A stretch of DNA of 32,000 bases, taken from positions 360,001 through 392,000 of the forward strand of contig NC_000917.1 of assembly GCF_000008665.1 (NCBI RefSeq), read 5' to 3'. Below, piece by piece: positions 9,519-18,622 of this stretch; the first letter of the stretch is position 1; each line of letters opens with the position of its first letter. The stretch comes from Archaeoglobus fulgidus DSM 4304 (GTDB taxonomy: Archaea; Halobacteriota; Archaeoglobi; Archaeoglobales; Archaeoglobaceae). The notes under the pieces are model-generated. The model had not been told where the DNA came from and did not search any database. It saw nothing but the letters and a program-made list of their open reading frames with translations. Both the position numbers and the translations under genes were made by a program.

Positions 9519-10333
9519 TTTCTCAGCTTTACCTTTCTTCCCGAAACCCGGACAATTCCTGCTTTTTCAAGGCTCTTCAGTATCGCCTCGTAAACCTCCT
9601 CCGCATCCACGTAAAGCTCTCCGTCAAGATTGTCTGCATCCTCTATGATGCCTGAGGTGTACTCCCTCAGCTTTTCAATGTCGTTGGTGTCCTCAAGCCC
9701 CGCAATGACGTTCATCACAATTCTAGCAGCGGCATCAATCACAACGCCATCCAGACCCTCCAACTCAACATCCTTGGTCAGGACGCTCAAAATGTCCACG
9801 TTCACGTCCCATGCAGGGGTAAGCTGGAGAAAATAGCCCTTCTCGCACCCCTCAACCTCCTCGTCAAGCTCTATTATGATCGTGGGGTCTTCAGGTAGCT
9901 CTCCTTCAATGTAATCCTCCCCAACCTCAATTCCGTTTGCCTTCAAAAAGGAGTAGACAGAGGACATGAGAAGGCTGACTCTAAAGGCAGCTTCCATCGC
10001 ATCCAGAAACTCCTTATCACCCAGACTCTCATCCTTGAGCTTTACGACCTTCTCATAATTTTCAGGGGAAGCTCTTTTGAGAAACTCCCTTTCGAATTCG
10101 GAAACCTCCATCCTGCCCTTCAGTATTTCACGAATAATTTCGGAGTAGTTTTTCCAATCCTGAGCCTCCTCGTACTCCTCAAGCTCGCTTAAATTTCCCC
10201 TCAGAAAGTACCTTTCCTCAAAATCCCACTCAACAATTTCCCTTACTTCAACTCTCGCTCCTGAATTTCTCAATTTTGATGCAATCTCCATTGCCATTTC
10301 CTTGTCGGGGAAAGTGGTAACCCTTAGCCACAT
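9515..10333 (-). CDS. Conserved archaeal hypothetical protein, 272 aa
   Basis: Long intact ORF (MWLRVTTFPDKEMAMEIASKLRNSGARVEVREIVEW...) with 4-nt overlap to the DUF531 gene. Confidence 0.65.
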   Translation of the reverse strand: MWLRVTTFPDKEMAMEIASKLRNSGARVEVREIVEWDFEERYFLRGNLSELEEYEEAQDWKNYSEIIREILKGRMEVSEFEREFLKRASPENYEKVVKLKDESLGDKEFLDAMEAAFRVSLLMSSVYSFLKANGIEVGEDYIEGELPEDPTIIIELDEEVEGCEKGYFLQLTPAWDVNVDILSVLTKDVELEGLDGVVIDAAARIVMNVIAGLEDTNDIEKLREYTSGIIEDADNLDGELYVDAEEVYEAILKSLEKAGIVRVSGRKVKLRK

Positions 10334-10407
10334 GCAAGAACCTCAAGCTTCTGATATTTACGTTATTCGGGTAAAAGTTGATATATTCGAAAGCTCCAAC
10401 AAATCGC

Positions 10408-11568
10408 ATGTTTAAGTTGGCGGACAGACTGGAAAAGATTCCCCCGTATCTTTTCGCAGAGATCGATGCAATGAAAAGGAAAAAGTTGCAGGAAGGAGTT
10501 AAGGTAATCGATTTCGGAGTGGGCGACCCGGACCTACCAACGCCTGAGCACATCGTTGAGGCGCTGAAAAACGCCGCTGAGAAGGTTGAGAGGCAGAAGT
10601 ATCCAAGCTACGAGGGGATGCTTAGCTTCAGAGAGAGTGTGGCAAGGTTCTACAGGAGAAGAAAGGGAGTGAATCTTGACCCCGAATCGGAGGTAATCTC
10701 TCTCATCGGCTCCAAAGAGGGGATAGCGCACCTTCCGCTCGCCTTCGTGAACGACGGAGACTATGTTCTCGTACCAGAGCCGGGGTATCCTGTGTACTAC
10801 TCCTCCACATTGCTTGCCGACGGCGTACCTTATGAAATGCCGCTAAAGGAAGAAAACAAATTCCTGCCCGATTTTCAGTTGATTCCCGATGAAATTGCCA
10901 GAAAGGCCAAAATAATGTTTCTGAACTACCCAAACAACCCCACTGCAGCCGTGGCTCCAAAGGAGTTTATCAAGGAGGCAATAGACTTCTGCATAGACAA
11001 CAAAATTATTCTAGCCCACGATGCAGCCTACAGCGAGATTACCTTCGATGGCTACAAGGCTCCCAGCTTCCTTGAGTTTGAGGATGCCTTTGAAGTCTGC
11101 GTGGAGTTCAACTCCCTCTCCAAAACCTACAACATGACCGGCTGGAGGATAGGATTCGCCTGTGGTAACAGAGATATTCTTGCCGGCCTTTTAAAGGTGA
11201 AGACCAACGTTGACAGCGGGGTTTTTGAGGCGATACAGGAGGCTGCCATAGCCGCGATGGATGGCCCTGACAGAGTTATAGAGGAAAACTGCAAGGTGTA
11301 CCAGAGGAGAAGGGACCTGCTGGTTGAAGGGTTGAGGGATGTTGGAATTGACGCCGAAAAACCGAAAGCTACCTTCTACGTCTGGGCAAAGGTGGGCGGG
11401 AGCAGCATCGAGTTCGTAAAGCAGTTAATAGATAAGGCAGGAATAGTGGCAACTCCGGGGATTGGGTTCGGCAAGTCTGGAGAAGGGTTCGTCAGGTTTG
11501 CCTTAACCAGAGGAGAGGGTGTTATAGAGGAGGCAATAGATAGGCTGAAAACAATATTACATAAATAA
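10408..11568 (+). CDS. Class I/II PLP-dependent aminotransferase (LL-diaminopimelate / aspartate aminotransferase-like)
   Basis: VIDFGVGDPDLPTPEHIVEAL, YPSYEGMLSFRESVARFY, FLNYPNNPTAAVAPKEF, EFNSLSKTYNMTGWRIGFACG (PLP-Lys motif), FVRFALTRGEGVIEEA. Likely ATG at 10408; the track starts at TTG 10378. Confidence 0.9.
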   Translation: MFKLADRLEKIPPYLFAEIDAMKRKKLQEGVKVIDFGVGDPDLPTPEHIVEALKNAAEKVERQKYPSYEGMLSFRESVARFYRRRKGVNLDPESEVISLIGSKEGIAHLPLAFVNDGDYVLVPEPGYPVYYSSTLLADGVPYEMPLKEENKFLPDFQLIPDEIARKAKIMFLNYPNNPTAAVAPKEFIKEAIDFCIDNKIILAHDAAYSEITFDGYKAPSFLEFEDAFEVCVEFNSLSKTYNMTGWRIGFACGNRDILAGLLKVKTNVDSGVFEAIQEAAIAAMDGPDRVIEENCKVYQRRRDLLVEGLRDVGIDAEKPKATFYVWAKVGGSSIEFVKQLIDKAGIVATPGIGFGKSGEGFVRFALTRGEGVIEEAIDRLKTILHK

Positions 11569-11624
11569 TTTTTATTTAACTGAACAGCAAAGTTTATATT
11601 CATCGTCCAGAAAAGTCAGCATAA

Positions 11625-14216
11625 ATGTTAAAGCTAGGCGATAGCAGTCAGTACACCTTTAAGCTTTCTAAGAATGGGGAAATTATAGACGCCGACAGAG
11701 GCTTTGTTGAAAAAATGGGTTACGATCTTGATTCTATTCTCTCTGCGACGATTTACGACTTAACGGAAGATTCCGGCATCAAAGAAAGGCTTGAAAGTGG
11801 TGGTGAGGTAGAGGTTGTCGGAGTTGACGGGGAGTCTTACCATCTGCATTTGTACAGCGACGGTGAATACGTCTACGCATACGACGTCAGCAAATTTTGT
11901 GAAGTGCTGAGGAGCATATATGCTGGGGTTTGGGACTTTTACTACGGTCTTCTGTTCGTTGATGAGCAAAAGAGGATTCTGGCCGCCAATAACACCTTTT
12001 ACAGCTTCACAGGTCTGGAGAGGGTGGAGGGCAAGAAGCTGCATGACGTTTTTCCTGAACTCTCTCAGTCGGTTGACGAGATTCTTAAGAGGGGAGAAGG
12101 AGAAGTTTCTGTGAAAATCAACAATAGACTGTTTCATGTGAGAGTTAAAGTGAGGGAGGTCAGCGTCCTCGGAAAGAGAGTTTACGAGGTTCTTGCAAGG
12201 ACGCTGACGGAGGAGAAGGTGAGGAATTTAAGGTCGATTTTCGATGATTTCAGGTATCCTGTCGTTGCATTGTTTGCGGACGAAATCGTGTATCACAACA
12301 AGGCCGCGGAAAATCTCCTTTCAGAGGTTGACTTGAAGAGCGTTAAGGGGAAAAATCTCGGGAGTGTCAGGGTTGGGGACAAGGAGTACCTTTTCTTTAA
12401 AATTGCAAAGGATGGTGTTTACCTCTTTGTCGAGGATTTGGACAGGGTTCTCAGGGGGCTTGAAGAGGAGCTTGTCCAGTACAAGCTCTCCTTTGAAAAC
12501 TCCGTTGATGCAATCATAATCGTTGACCGCGAGGGGACTATTATCCACACGAATCCCGCAGTGAAGCTCCACGGATACACTCCGGAAGAGCTCATCGGGA
12601 GGAATGTGTTTGAGTTTATCCATCCAAGTCACCTTGAGGAAGTGAACAAGGCCGTCGAGGAGGGCAGAGGTGGGAAGTTCAGAAGAATGGAGCTGAGAAT
12701 TAGGGATAAGTCTGGCAGTTTGAGATGGGTTGAGGTTGTCGGTGTTCCAATAAGGACCTCTGATGGAGAAGTTACAGGCGGAATTCTGGTTTTGAGGGAC
12801 GTCACAACAAGAAAGGAGCTTCAGCAAAAACTCGTGGAAAGCGAGGAGCTTTACAGAACTCTTACTGAGAACTCCCACTCGGGTATTTACGTCATTCAGG
12901 ATGGTGAACTCGTTTACATGAACAAAGCCACGCAGGACTACACCGGATACACTCTGGATGAGCTGAGAAAGGAATGGAAAAAGGTCTTCGACCGCAGAAT
13001 ATGGGATGAGGTGGAAAGGGCTGTAAACGACGCACTCTCAGGAAAAGTCATTCAGACCTTCTCGAAGTACTACACGAAAAGCGGGGAAGGGAGGTACGCA
13101 AGCTTTGTGCTCTCCCCCATAACCTTCAGGGGGAAGCCAGCAGTTCTTGGAAACTTCATCGACGTGACATCTCAAGTGCTGGCGGAGAAAAAGTTAAGGG
13201 AGAGCGAAGAACTCTACAGAACTCTCGCAGAGCACTCCCACACGGGCATCTTCATAATTCAGAACGACAAAGTAGTTTACGGCAACGAAAAGCTCAGAGA
13301 GATACTCGGCTATACTATTGAGGAGGTAAACTCCCTCGAACACCCCTACAAGGTACTTCATCCCGACTTTTATGATAAGGTGGTGGAAAGATACAGGGCC
13401 AGAGAGAGGGGAGAGGAGGTTCCGAATAGCTATGAGGTGAAAGTCCTAACGAAAGACGGAAAGGAGAAGTGGCTGAAAGTTCTTGCGAGCAGAATTTCGT
13501 ACAGAGGGAAGCCTGCGGTTATGGCAAACATTGCCGACATCACGGATTTAAAGGAAAGGGAGGAAATGCTGAAAAGGCTGAACCTTTTGTTGAGAGTTAC
13601 GAGTGTTTGCAGCAGGGAGATATCGCAGGAGAAAACTGAGTTTAAAATTCTCAGCACGGTCAGAAAACACCTTGAAAGGGCCGGACTTGAGGTTGCGGTC
13701 TACCTCTATGAGGATGGCTTAATACTGGCAGGCATTTCGAGGGGGCTTGATGAGGAGAAATGCGAGAAAATGGCGATGGAGCACATTGATTCAGATGAGA
13801 TAAAGGTTGAGAAGGTTGACGGCAAGGAGGTTTTGATTCTGCCCATCTCGAACGGCAGAATTTCGGGTGTGATAATGGTATTCTCCGAAAAAGGGTTCTC
13901 GGAGGAAGAAATCAGCGTTCTTGAGGCAATCGGAAAGGACGTAAAATTCGCTTTCAAATCGCTGAAGATAGAGAGGGAAAAGGAGGCGGCTTTGAAGGTG
14001 ATTATGGAGAACCTCTCCCAGTTTGAGCATCTGGCAGACAGGCTGAGAAATCCACTGGCGATAATAAAGGGCTACTTGGAAATCAGGGAGAACTTTTCCT
14101 TCGATGAGTTTGCCAAGAGAGTCGAGGAGCAGGTTTGCAGAATTGAAAACATTCTCGACGAGCTTAGGGCGAGGGAAATTGTTACTTACGAGATAAAAAA
14201 GCTTCTTGAGGGTTGA
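11625..14216 (+). CDS. Large multi-PAS/GAF sensor protein with degenerate HisKA-like C-terminus
   Basis: Repeated PAS/PAC motifs (ELVQYKLSFENSVDAIIIVDREGTIIHTNPAVKLHGYTPEELIG; ESEELYRTLTENSHSGIYVIQDG; ESEELYRTLAEHSHTGIFIIQND), GAF-like region near residues 665-780, terminal FEHLADRLRNPLAIIKGYLEI. Confidence 0.85.
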   Translation: MLKLGDSSQYTFKLSKNGEIIDADRGFVEKMGYDLDSILSATIYDLTEDSGIKERLESGGEVEVVGVDGESYHLHLYSDGEYVYAYDVSKFCEVLRSIYAGVWDFYYGLLFVDEQKRILAANNTFYSFTGLERVEGKKLHDVFPELSQSVDEILKRGEGEVSVKINNRLFHVRVKVREVSVLGKRVYEVLARTLTEEKVRNLRSIFDDFRYPVVALFADEIVYHNKAAENLLSEVDLKSVKGKNLGSVRVGDKEYLFFKIAKDGVYLFVEDLDRVLRGLEEELVQYKLSFENSVDAIIIVDREGTIIHTNPAVKLHGYTPEELIGRNVFEFIHPSHLEEVNKAVEEGRGGKFRRMELRIRDKSGSLRWVEVVGVPIRTSDGEVTGGILVLRDVTTRKELQQKLVESEELYRTLTENSHSGIYVIQDGELVYMNKATQDYTGYTLDELRKEWKKVFDRRIWDEVERAVNDALSGKVIQTFSKYYTKSGEGRYASFVLSPITFRGKPAVLGNFIDVTSQVLAEKKLRESEELYRTLAEHSHTGIFIIQNDKVVYGNEKLREILGYTIEEVNSLEHPYKVLHPDFYDKVVERYRARERGEEVPNSYEVKVLTKDGKEKWLKVLASRISYRGKPAVMANIADITDLKEREEMLKRLNLLLRVTSVCSREISQEKTEFKILSTVRKHLERAGLEVAVYLYEDGLILAGISRGLDEEKCEKMAMEHIDSDEIKVEKVDGKEVLILPISNGRISGVIMVFSEKGFSEEEISVLEAIGKDVKFAFKSLKIEREKEAALKVIMENLSQFEHLADRLRNPLAIIKGYLEIRENFSFDEFAKRVEEQVCRIENILDELRAREIVTYEIKKLLEG

Positions 14217-14246
14217 AATTTTTAAACCCATGACCGTTCTCTAAAT

Positions 14247-15650
14247 ATGGAAGTTTACAATACCCTCTCGAGAAAAATCGAGAAGCTTGAGGATATTGTG
14301 GATGGCAAAAGGGTGAAGATGTACGTTTGCGGTATCACAGCTTACGATTACTCCCACATCGGCCACGCGAGGAGTGCCGTGTTTTTCGACGTTTTCAGGA
14401 GGTATTTGGAGTATCTCGGATATGAGGTAGTATATGTTCAGAACTTCACGGATGTGGATGACAAGATCATCAACAGGGCCGTTAAGGAGGGCAAGACGCA
14501 GAAAGAAGTGGCGGAAAAGTTCATTGAGGAATATCTGAAGGACATGGAGGCTTTAAACGTAAAAAAGCCAACGTATCAGCCTAAGGTTACGGAGCACATC
14601 CCCGACATAATTGAGTTTATCCAGAATTTGATTGAAAAGGGCTACGCATACGTAATTGATGGGGATGTTTACTTCCACGTGCCAGCCTTTGAGCACTACG
14701 GCGAGCTATCGAAGCAAAGTCTTGAAGAGCTAAACAGGCACAGAATAGAGCCGGATGAGAGGAAAAGGGACGTGAAGGATTTTGCCCTCTGGAAGTCCGC
14801 GAAAGAGGCTGATTTAAAGGCTCAGGCTGTTTTCGACTCTCCTTGGGGCAGAGGAAGGCCGGGGTGGCACATAGAGTGCAGCGTCATGTCGGCCAAGTAT
14901 CTGGGAGTGCCTTTCGACATCCACGGCGGGGGGAAGGACTTGATATTCCCCCACCACGAAAACGAGAGGGCTCAGAGCTTTGCGAGATTCGGGGTGGAGC
15001 CTGTTAAAATCTGGGTGCACAACGACTTCATAAGGATAAAAGGGGAAAAGATGAGCAAAAGCCTGGGAAACATAGTCAGGATTAGGGATGTGCTTCAGAG
15101 GTACGAAGGAGAGGTGCTCAGATACTTTCTGCTCACAGCCCACTACCGCAGCCCTCTCGACTACACCGAAGAGGCACTTGAGAGGGCGAAGAGGGCTTAC
15201 GAGTATCTTAGGTCAGCTTTAATAAACCTCGATATGGAGATTGCATATCTGAAAACCTTCGGAGACAGGAAAGAGGGTAATCAGGTTGATGTTGAGGATT
15301 ACATCAGGAGGTTCGAGGAGGCGATGAACAGAGACCTGCACACACCCGATGCGATTGCGGTTCTTCACGAATTTGCCGGCTTGATCAACAAATCCCTTTA
15401 CGAGTTAAGCCTTAACCAAGCAGAAGAGCTTTACGAAGCTTTTAAGAGATTGTGTGGAGTTCTCGGGTTGTTCGAGAAGATGGAGAGAGTGCCCGCTCTT
15501 AGCAGAGAAGATGCAGAAAAGGTTGTTGAAAGGGAAAGGGCAAGGAAGGAGAGAAACTTCGAGCTTGCCGATGCCATAAGAGATGAATTCGCGAAGAGAG
15601 GAATCAGGCTGATTGACACACCCAAGGGAACGAGGTGGAGGGTGGAATGA
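14247..15650 (+). CDS. cysS: Cysteinyl-tRNA synthetase
   Basis: [31 protein letters not shown] (class I HIGH), [46 protein letters not shown] (KMSKS). Confidence 0.97.
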   Translation: MEVYNTLSRKIEKLEDIVDGKRVKMYVCGITAYDYSHIGHARSAVFFDVFRRYLEYLGYEVVYVQNFTDVDDKIINRAVKEGKTQKEVAEKFIEEYLKDMEALNVKKPTYQPKVTEHIPDIIEFIQNLIEKGYAYVIDGDVYFHVPAFEHYGELSKQSLEELNRHRIEPDERKRDVKDFALWKSAKEADLKAQAVFDSPWGRGRPGWHIECSVMSAKYLGVPFDIHGGGKDLIFPHHENERAQSFARFGVEPVKIWVHNDFIRIKGEKMSKSLGNIVRIRDVLQRYEGEVLRYFLLTAHYRSPLDYTEEALERAKRAYEYLRSALINLDMEIAYLKTFGDRKEGNQVDVEDYIRRFEEAMNRDLHTPDAIAVLHEFAGLINKSLYELSLNQAEELYEAFKRLCGVLGLFEKMERVPALSREDAEKVVERERARKERNFELADAIRDEFAKRGIRLIDTPKGTRWRVE

Positions 15651-16081
15651 ACCGTCCCGGACACATGGGAGCGACGCTCTTAGCTCTTTCCCCCTTTATC
15701 CCCAAACTGGGTGTGGAGTTCGTCGCATTGGCGGCAATTTTCTCCATGCTGCCCGATGTGGACTTGGTTTTGAAAATCAGGCACAGGGAGTACACGCACA
15801 ACTTCACCTTTGCTGCAATCTCAACCCTGCTGTTCTTCTTCCTTTTCAGGTATGCGGGAATTCCTGAAATGCTTGCCCTCTCAGTCTTTGCTGCGGTGTC
15901 AATCCACATAGCCGTTGATGTGTTCACGATGCAGAAATTTCCGCCATTCTTCCCTTTTTCCAGGAAAAGGGTGGCATTCAAGGTTTTCAGGAGCGATAAC
16001 AGCGCGGTTAATGCCGGATCTTTTATACTCGGCTCGATAGCGTTCGTTTACTTCGCGGGTGGTGGAAATGCTTGGTGGTGA
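15647..16081 (+). CDS. DUF457/YdjM-like membrane-bound metal-dependent hydrolase family protein
   Basis: [17 protein letters not shown]...AIFSMLPDVDLVLKIRHREYTHNFTFA...IHIAVDVFT: conserved H, D-x-D and YTHN motifs with TM helices; ATG overlaps the cysS stop. Confidence 0.75.
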   Translation: MNRPGHMGATLLALSPFIPKLGVEFVALAAIFSMLPDVDLVLKIRHREYTHNFTFAAISTLLFFFLFRYAGIPEMLALSVFAAVSIHIAVDVFTMQKFPPFFPFSRKRVAFKVFRSDNSAVNAGSFILGSIAFVYFAGGGNAWW

Positions 16082-17077
16082 GAGCGTTTTTACCTTGGAC
16101 GTCGGTTCCGGAACTCAGGACTTCATGCTGTTTGCTGAGGAGAACGAGAGAAACTGTCCGAAGCGATTCTGCCGTCACCAACGAGAATTCTGGCTAAGAA
16201 GATTGAAAGGGTAGAGGGAGACGTTTTCCTCCGCGGCTACACGATGGGTGGGGGAGCGATAACCTTTGCAGTTAGAAGACACCTTCAGAGATACAGGGTT
16301 TACGCAACAGAGAGGGCAGCGCTGACCTTTGCCGATAACCTCGAAAGGGTTAGGGAGATGGGGATAATCATTGGCGAGCCTGAGGGCGATGCGGTGGAGC
16401 TTGAAACGAAAGACGTGGACATGCCATTCTTTTCTGATTTCATCGAAAAAATGGGCTATGAAATGCCGAGATATTATGTGGTAGCGGTGCAGGACCACGG
16501 CTTTTCACCGCAAATCAGCAACAGGGTTTTCAGGTTCAGAATGTTTGAGTCACTTTTGAGAAAAAACCCCGGCATTGAGGGATTTCTCTTTCACCATAGA
16601 GAGATACCGCCGGAGTTCAACAGGATGAGGGATGCTGCGAGCAGCGTTCTGGATTACGTCAGGGCTGAGGTTTACGTTGTCGATACCGTCTTCGCAGCGA
16701 TTGCCGGATGCGCCCTGCAGGTGAAGGAATTCCCCGCATTGCTGGTTAATTTCGGCAACTCCCATCTAACAGCAGCGATAGTCGATGAGGATTACAGGAT
16801 TAAGGCTCTACTGGAGCACCACACTCCTGTTTTAAGGAGGAGAGGTGTGGATGAGATAAAATCGCTCCTTGAGAGGTTTGAGAGGGGTGAGCTGAGCAAC
16901 GAGTACGTTTTGAGCGACGAAGGGCACGGCTGCTACTACGATGAGGTCGTTGATGTTAGGGAGAGGCTCTGCACAGGCCCCAACGCCCACCTTTCACCCT
17001 TTAAAGAGGTTGGCGGGGACCCGATGGTTGTGGGAAATCTGGGGATGATGTTTCTGCTGAGGAAAAAAGTTACTTGA
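16068..17077 (+). CDS. DUF1786-family protein, interrupted by a -1 frameshift near 16161
   Basis: Frame-3 N-terminus MLGGESVFTLDVGSGTQDFMLFAEENERNCPK, then after about 16161 frame-2 AILPSPTRILAKKIERVEGDVFLRGYTMGGGAITFA... (track ORF 16244..17077). Confidence 0.8.
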
Positions 17078-17504
17078 CGATTTTCTGTCCGTCTATGGTC
17101 TCGAACTGCTGAAGGCTTTTGCCAACAATTTTCATTTTCATCTTTGAAATTGCACCTGAGAGCTTCGAAAGCTTTTCCTCGTCAAAGGAAACGATTACCT
17201 CCCCACCGTCCTTAACTTCGTCAACAGCAAAGTTAAGCTCAAGCTCCATCTCGGAAATCTCGAATCCGGGAAGAGGAAAGTTCCTGAGAAACTCGTCCTT
17301 CTCGTACTCCTTTCGAATTTTTGAGAGCTCCATGTCAATCAGCTTTTTGGCTGAGAGGGCTGAGAGCGTTATCGATGCCGCGAGCTCTCTTAGGGGTGCT
17401 TTTTTGACTGCAATTTCCGGCTTGTCAACCGGCTTAACCGGCTCGACAAAATCCGGCTTTTTAACGTCACGGGCAACGTCTTTGCGAACTCTTCTTCCCG
17501 GCAT
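17070..17504 (-). CDS. Hypothetical protein, divergent member of the adjacent DUF2589-like paralog set
   Basis: 144 aa ORF; LRELAASITLSALSAKKLIDMELSKI and FPLPGFEISEMELELNFAV match the layout of the two upstream neighbours. Confidence 0.6.
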   Translation of the reverse strand: MPGRRVRKDVARDVKKPDFVEPVKPVDKPEIAVKKAPLRELAASITLSALSAKKLIDMELSKIRKEYEKDEFLRNFPLPGFEISEMELELNFAVDEVKDGGEVIVSFDEEKLSKLSGAISKMKMKIVGKSLQQFETIDGQKIVK

Positions 17505-17978
17505 TATCCCTCCCCTACCGTAATCGAGTTGCTGAGAACTGTTATCATCCTTGCGATGCCCTCTGGAATCTCAGTCCGCTTTACCTTTATCTTGATGTTA
17601 AGCTCTCCGTTGAGGTCTGTCTTTGTTTCAGCTTTTGGTGCGTAGACGCATACAGCGGCACGAACTTCCCCTTCTGCTGCTTTGACGTTGCAACAATCTT
17701 CGCGCTGAAGTCTATCTCCGCCTCGTCGATGCTGAGGTAGGGAACGGGAACCAATGTGAGAAGCGGGATTTTTACCCTGTTCTTCTCACTCACAGCCCCC
17801 TTTCTGGATCGAAAACCGTTTGCTCGTAAGCCAGCTCAATGCCCTTGGGCTTTCCGTTCTCGTCGATCAGACTTGTTAGAAACTCCACGGTTGCGTTAGC
17901 TGACTCCTGCTGGGCCTCCACCATCGACCTGAGTGGGGTTGCGATAATCTGATCCAGCAGTAAAGCTACGTTGACCAA
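17504..17978 (-). pseudogene. DUF2589-like gene split across three frames (two apparent frameshifts)
   Basis: Segment 1 [62 protein letters not shown] (17790..17978), segment 2 [35 protein letters not shown] (17587..17793), segment 3 [59 protein letters not shown] (to TAA at 17504..17506). Confidence 0.8.
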
Positions 17979-17991
17979 TCAAAGCACCTCT

Positions 17992-18564
17992 TTACCCTGT
18001 TCCCCCACCTGAAGCTCCAGCAGGAGCTATGCTCTCCTTCAGCAGGCTGAGCAGAGTTCTCATACCTTCAGGCATTTCATCCTGCACAGCATTGACGGTG
18101 ATGTCAAGCTCCGAGCTTCTGTCAACCTGGGACCTGCTCTCCTTCTTGAATCCGTAAGAGGCTGTGAGCTTCACGCTTCCCCAGCCCCATCCTGCTTTTG
18201 CTGTAAGCTTGCTGGCGAAGTCGTGCTGAGTTTTGTCCTGCGCAGAGGTCTTTATGGTGAAGTTGAAGTGGACCGTCATGTCCTTTATCCTGATGAAGGG
18301 CACGGGAAGAATCGTCAGCAAGGGTGCCTCAACTGTCGTGTCAACGTCCGTAACGTCTCCCGTTTCCGGGTCGAGCTCCTTTCTCTTGAATTTGAATGTT
18401 ACCGTCTTAACATTCCCGTCGTCGTCAAGCCCAACCTCCTGAACGAATCGTGCTGTGGTCATCGCTGCAAAGGCCTGAGCCCTCACAGCGGCCTCAAGCG
18501 GTTTGCCAATCAAACTCTCTATCGGCAGAGCGGCAAGCTCTGCTGGTATATTTGCGCCAACCAT
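17992..18564 (-). CDS. DUF2589-like protein, intact
   Basis: MVGANIPAELAALPIESLIGKPLEAAVRAQAFAAMTTARFVQEVG...APLLTILPVPFIRIKDMTVHFNFTIKT...MPEGMRTLLSLLKESI; strong SD (GGAGGTGAT) directly upstream of ATG. Confidence 0.8.
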   Translation of the reverse strand: MVGANIPAELAALPIESLIGKPLEAAVRAQAFAAMTTARFVQEVGLDDDGNVKTVTFKFKRKELDPETGDVTDVDTTVEAPLLTILPVPFIRIKDMTVHFNFTIKTSAQDKTQHDFASKLTAKAGWGWGSVKLTASYGFKKESRSQVDRSSELDITVNAVQDEMPEGMRTLLSLLKESIAPAGASGGGTG

Positions 18565-18622
18565 ACAATCACCTCCGGTCAATTAAAGTGCCAATTGCTG
18601 GCAAATAATTCTTAATTCTGAG

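Noticed and set aside
12840-13260. Similar DNA blocks around ga(a/g)ct(c/t)tacagaactct
   Set aside because: Explained by duplicated PAS domains in the sensor protein, not by a mobile or CRISPR-like repeat.
13791-14231. 146-aa minus-strand ORF
   Set aside because: Antisense to the PAS/GAF sensor gene with no independent support.
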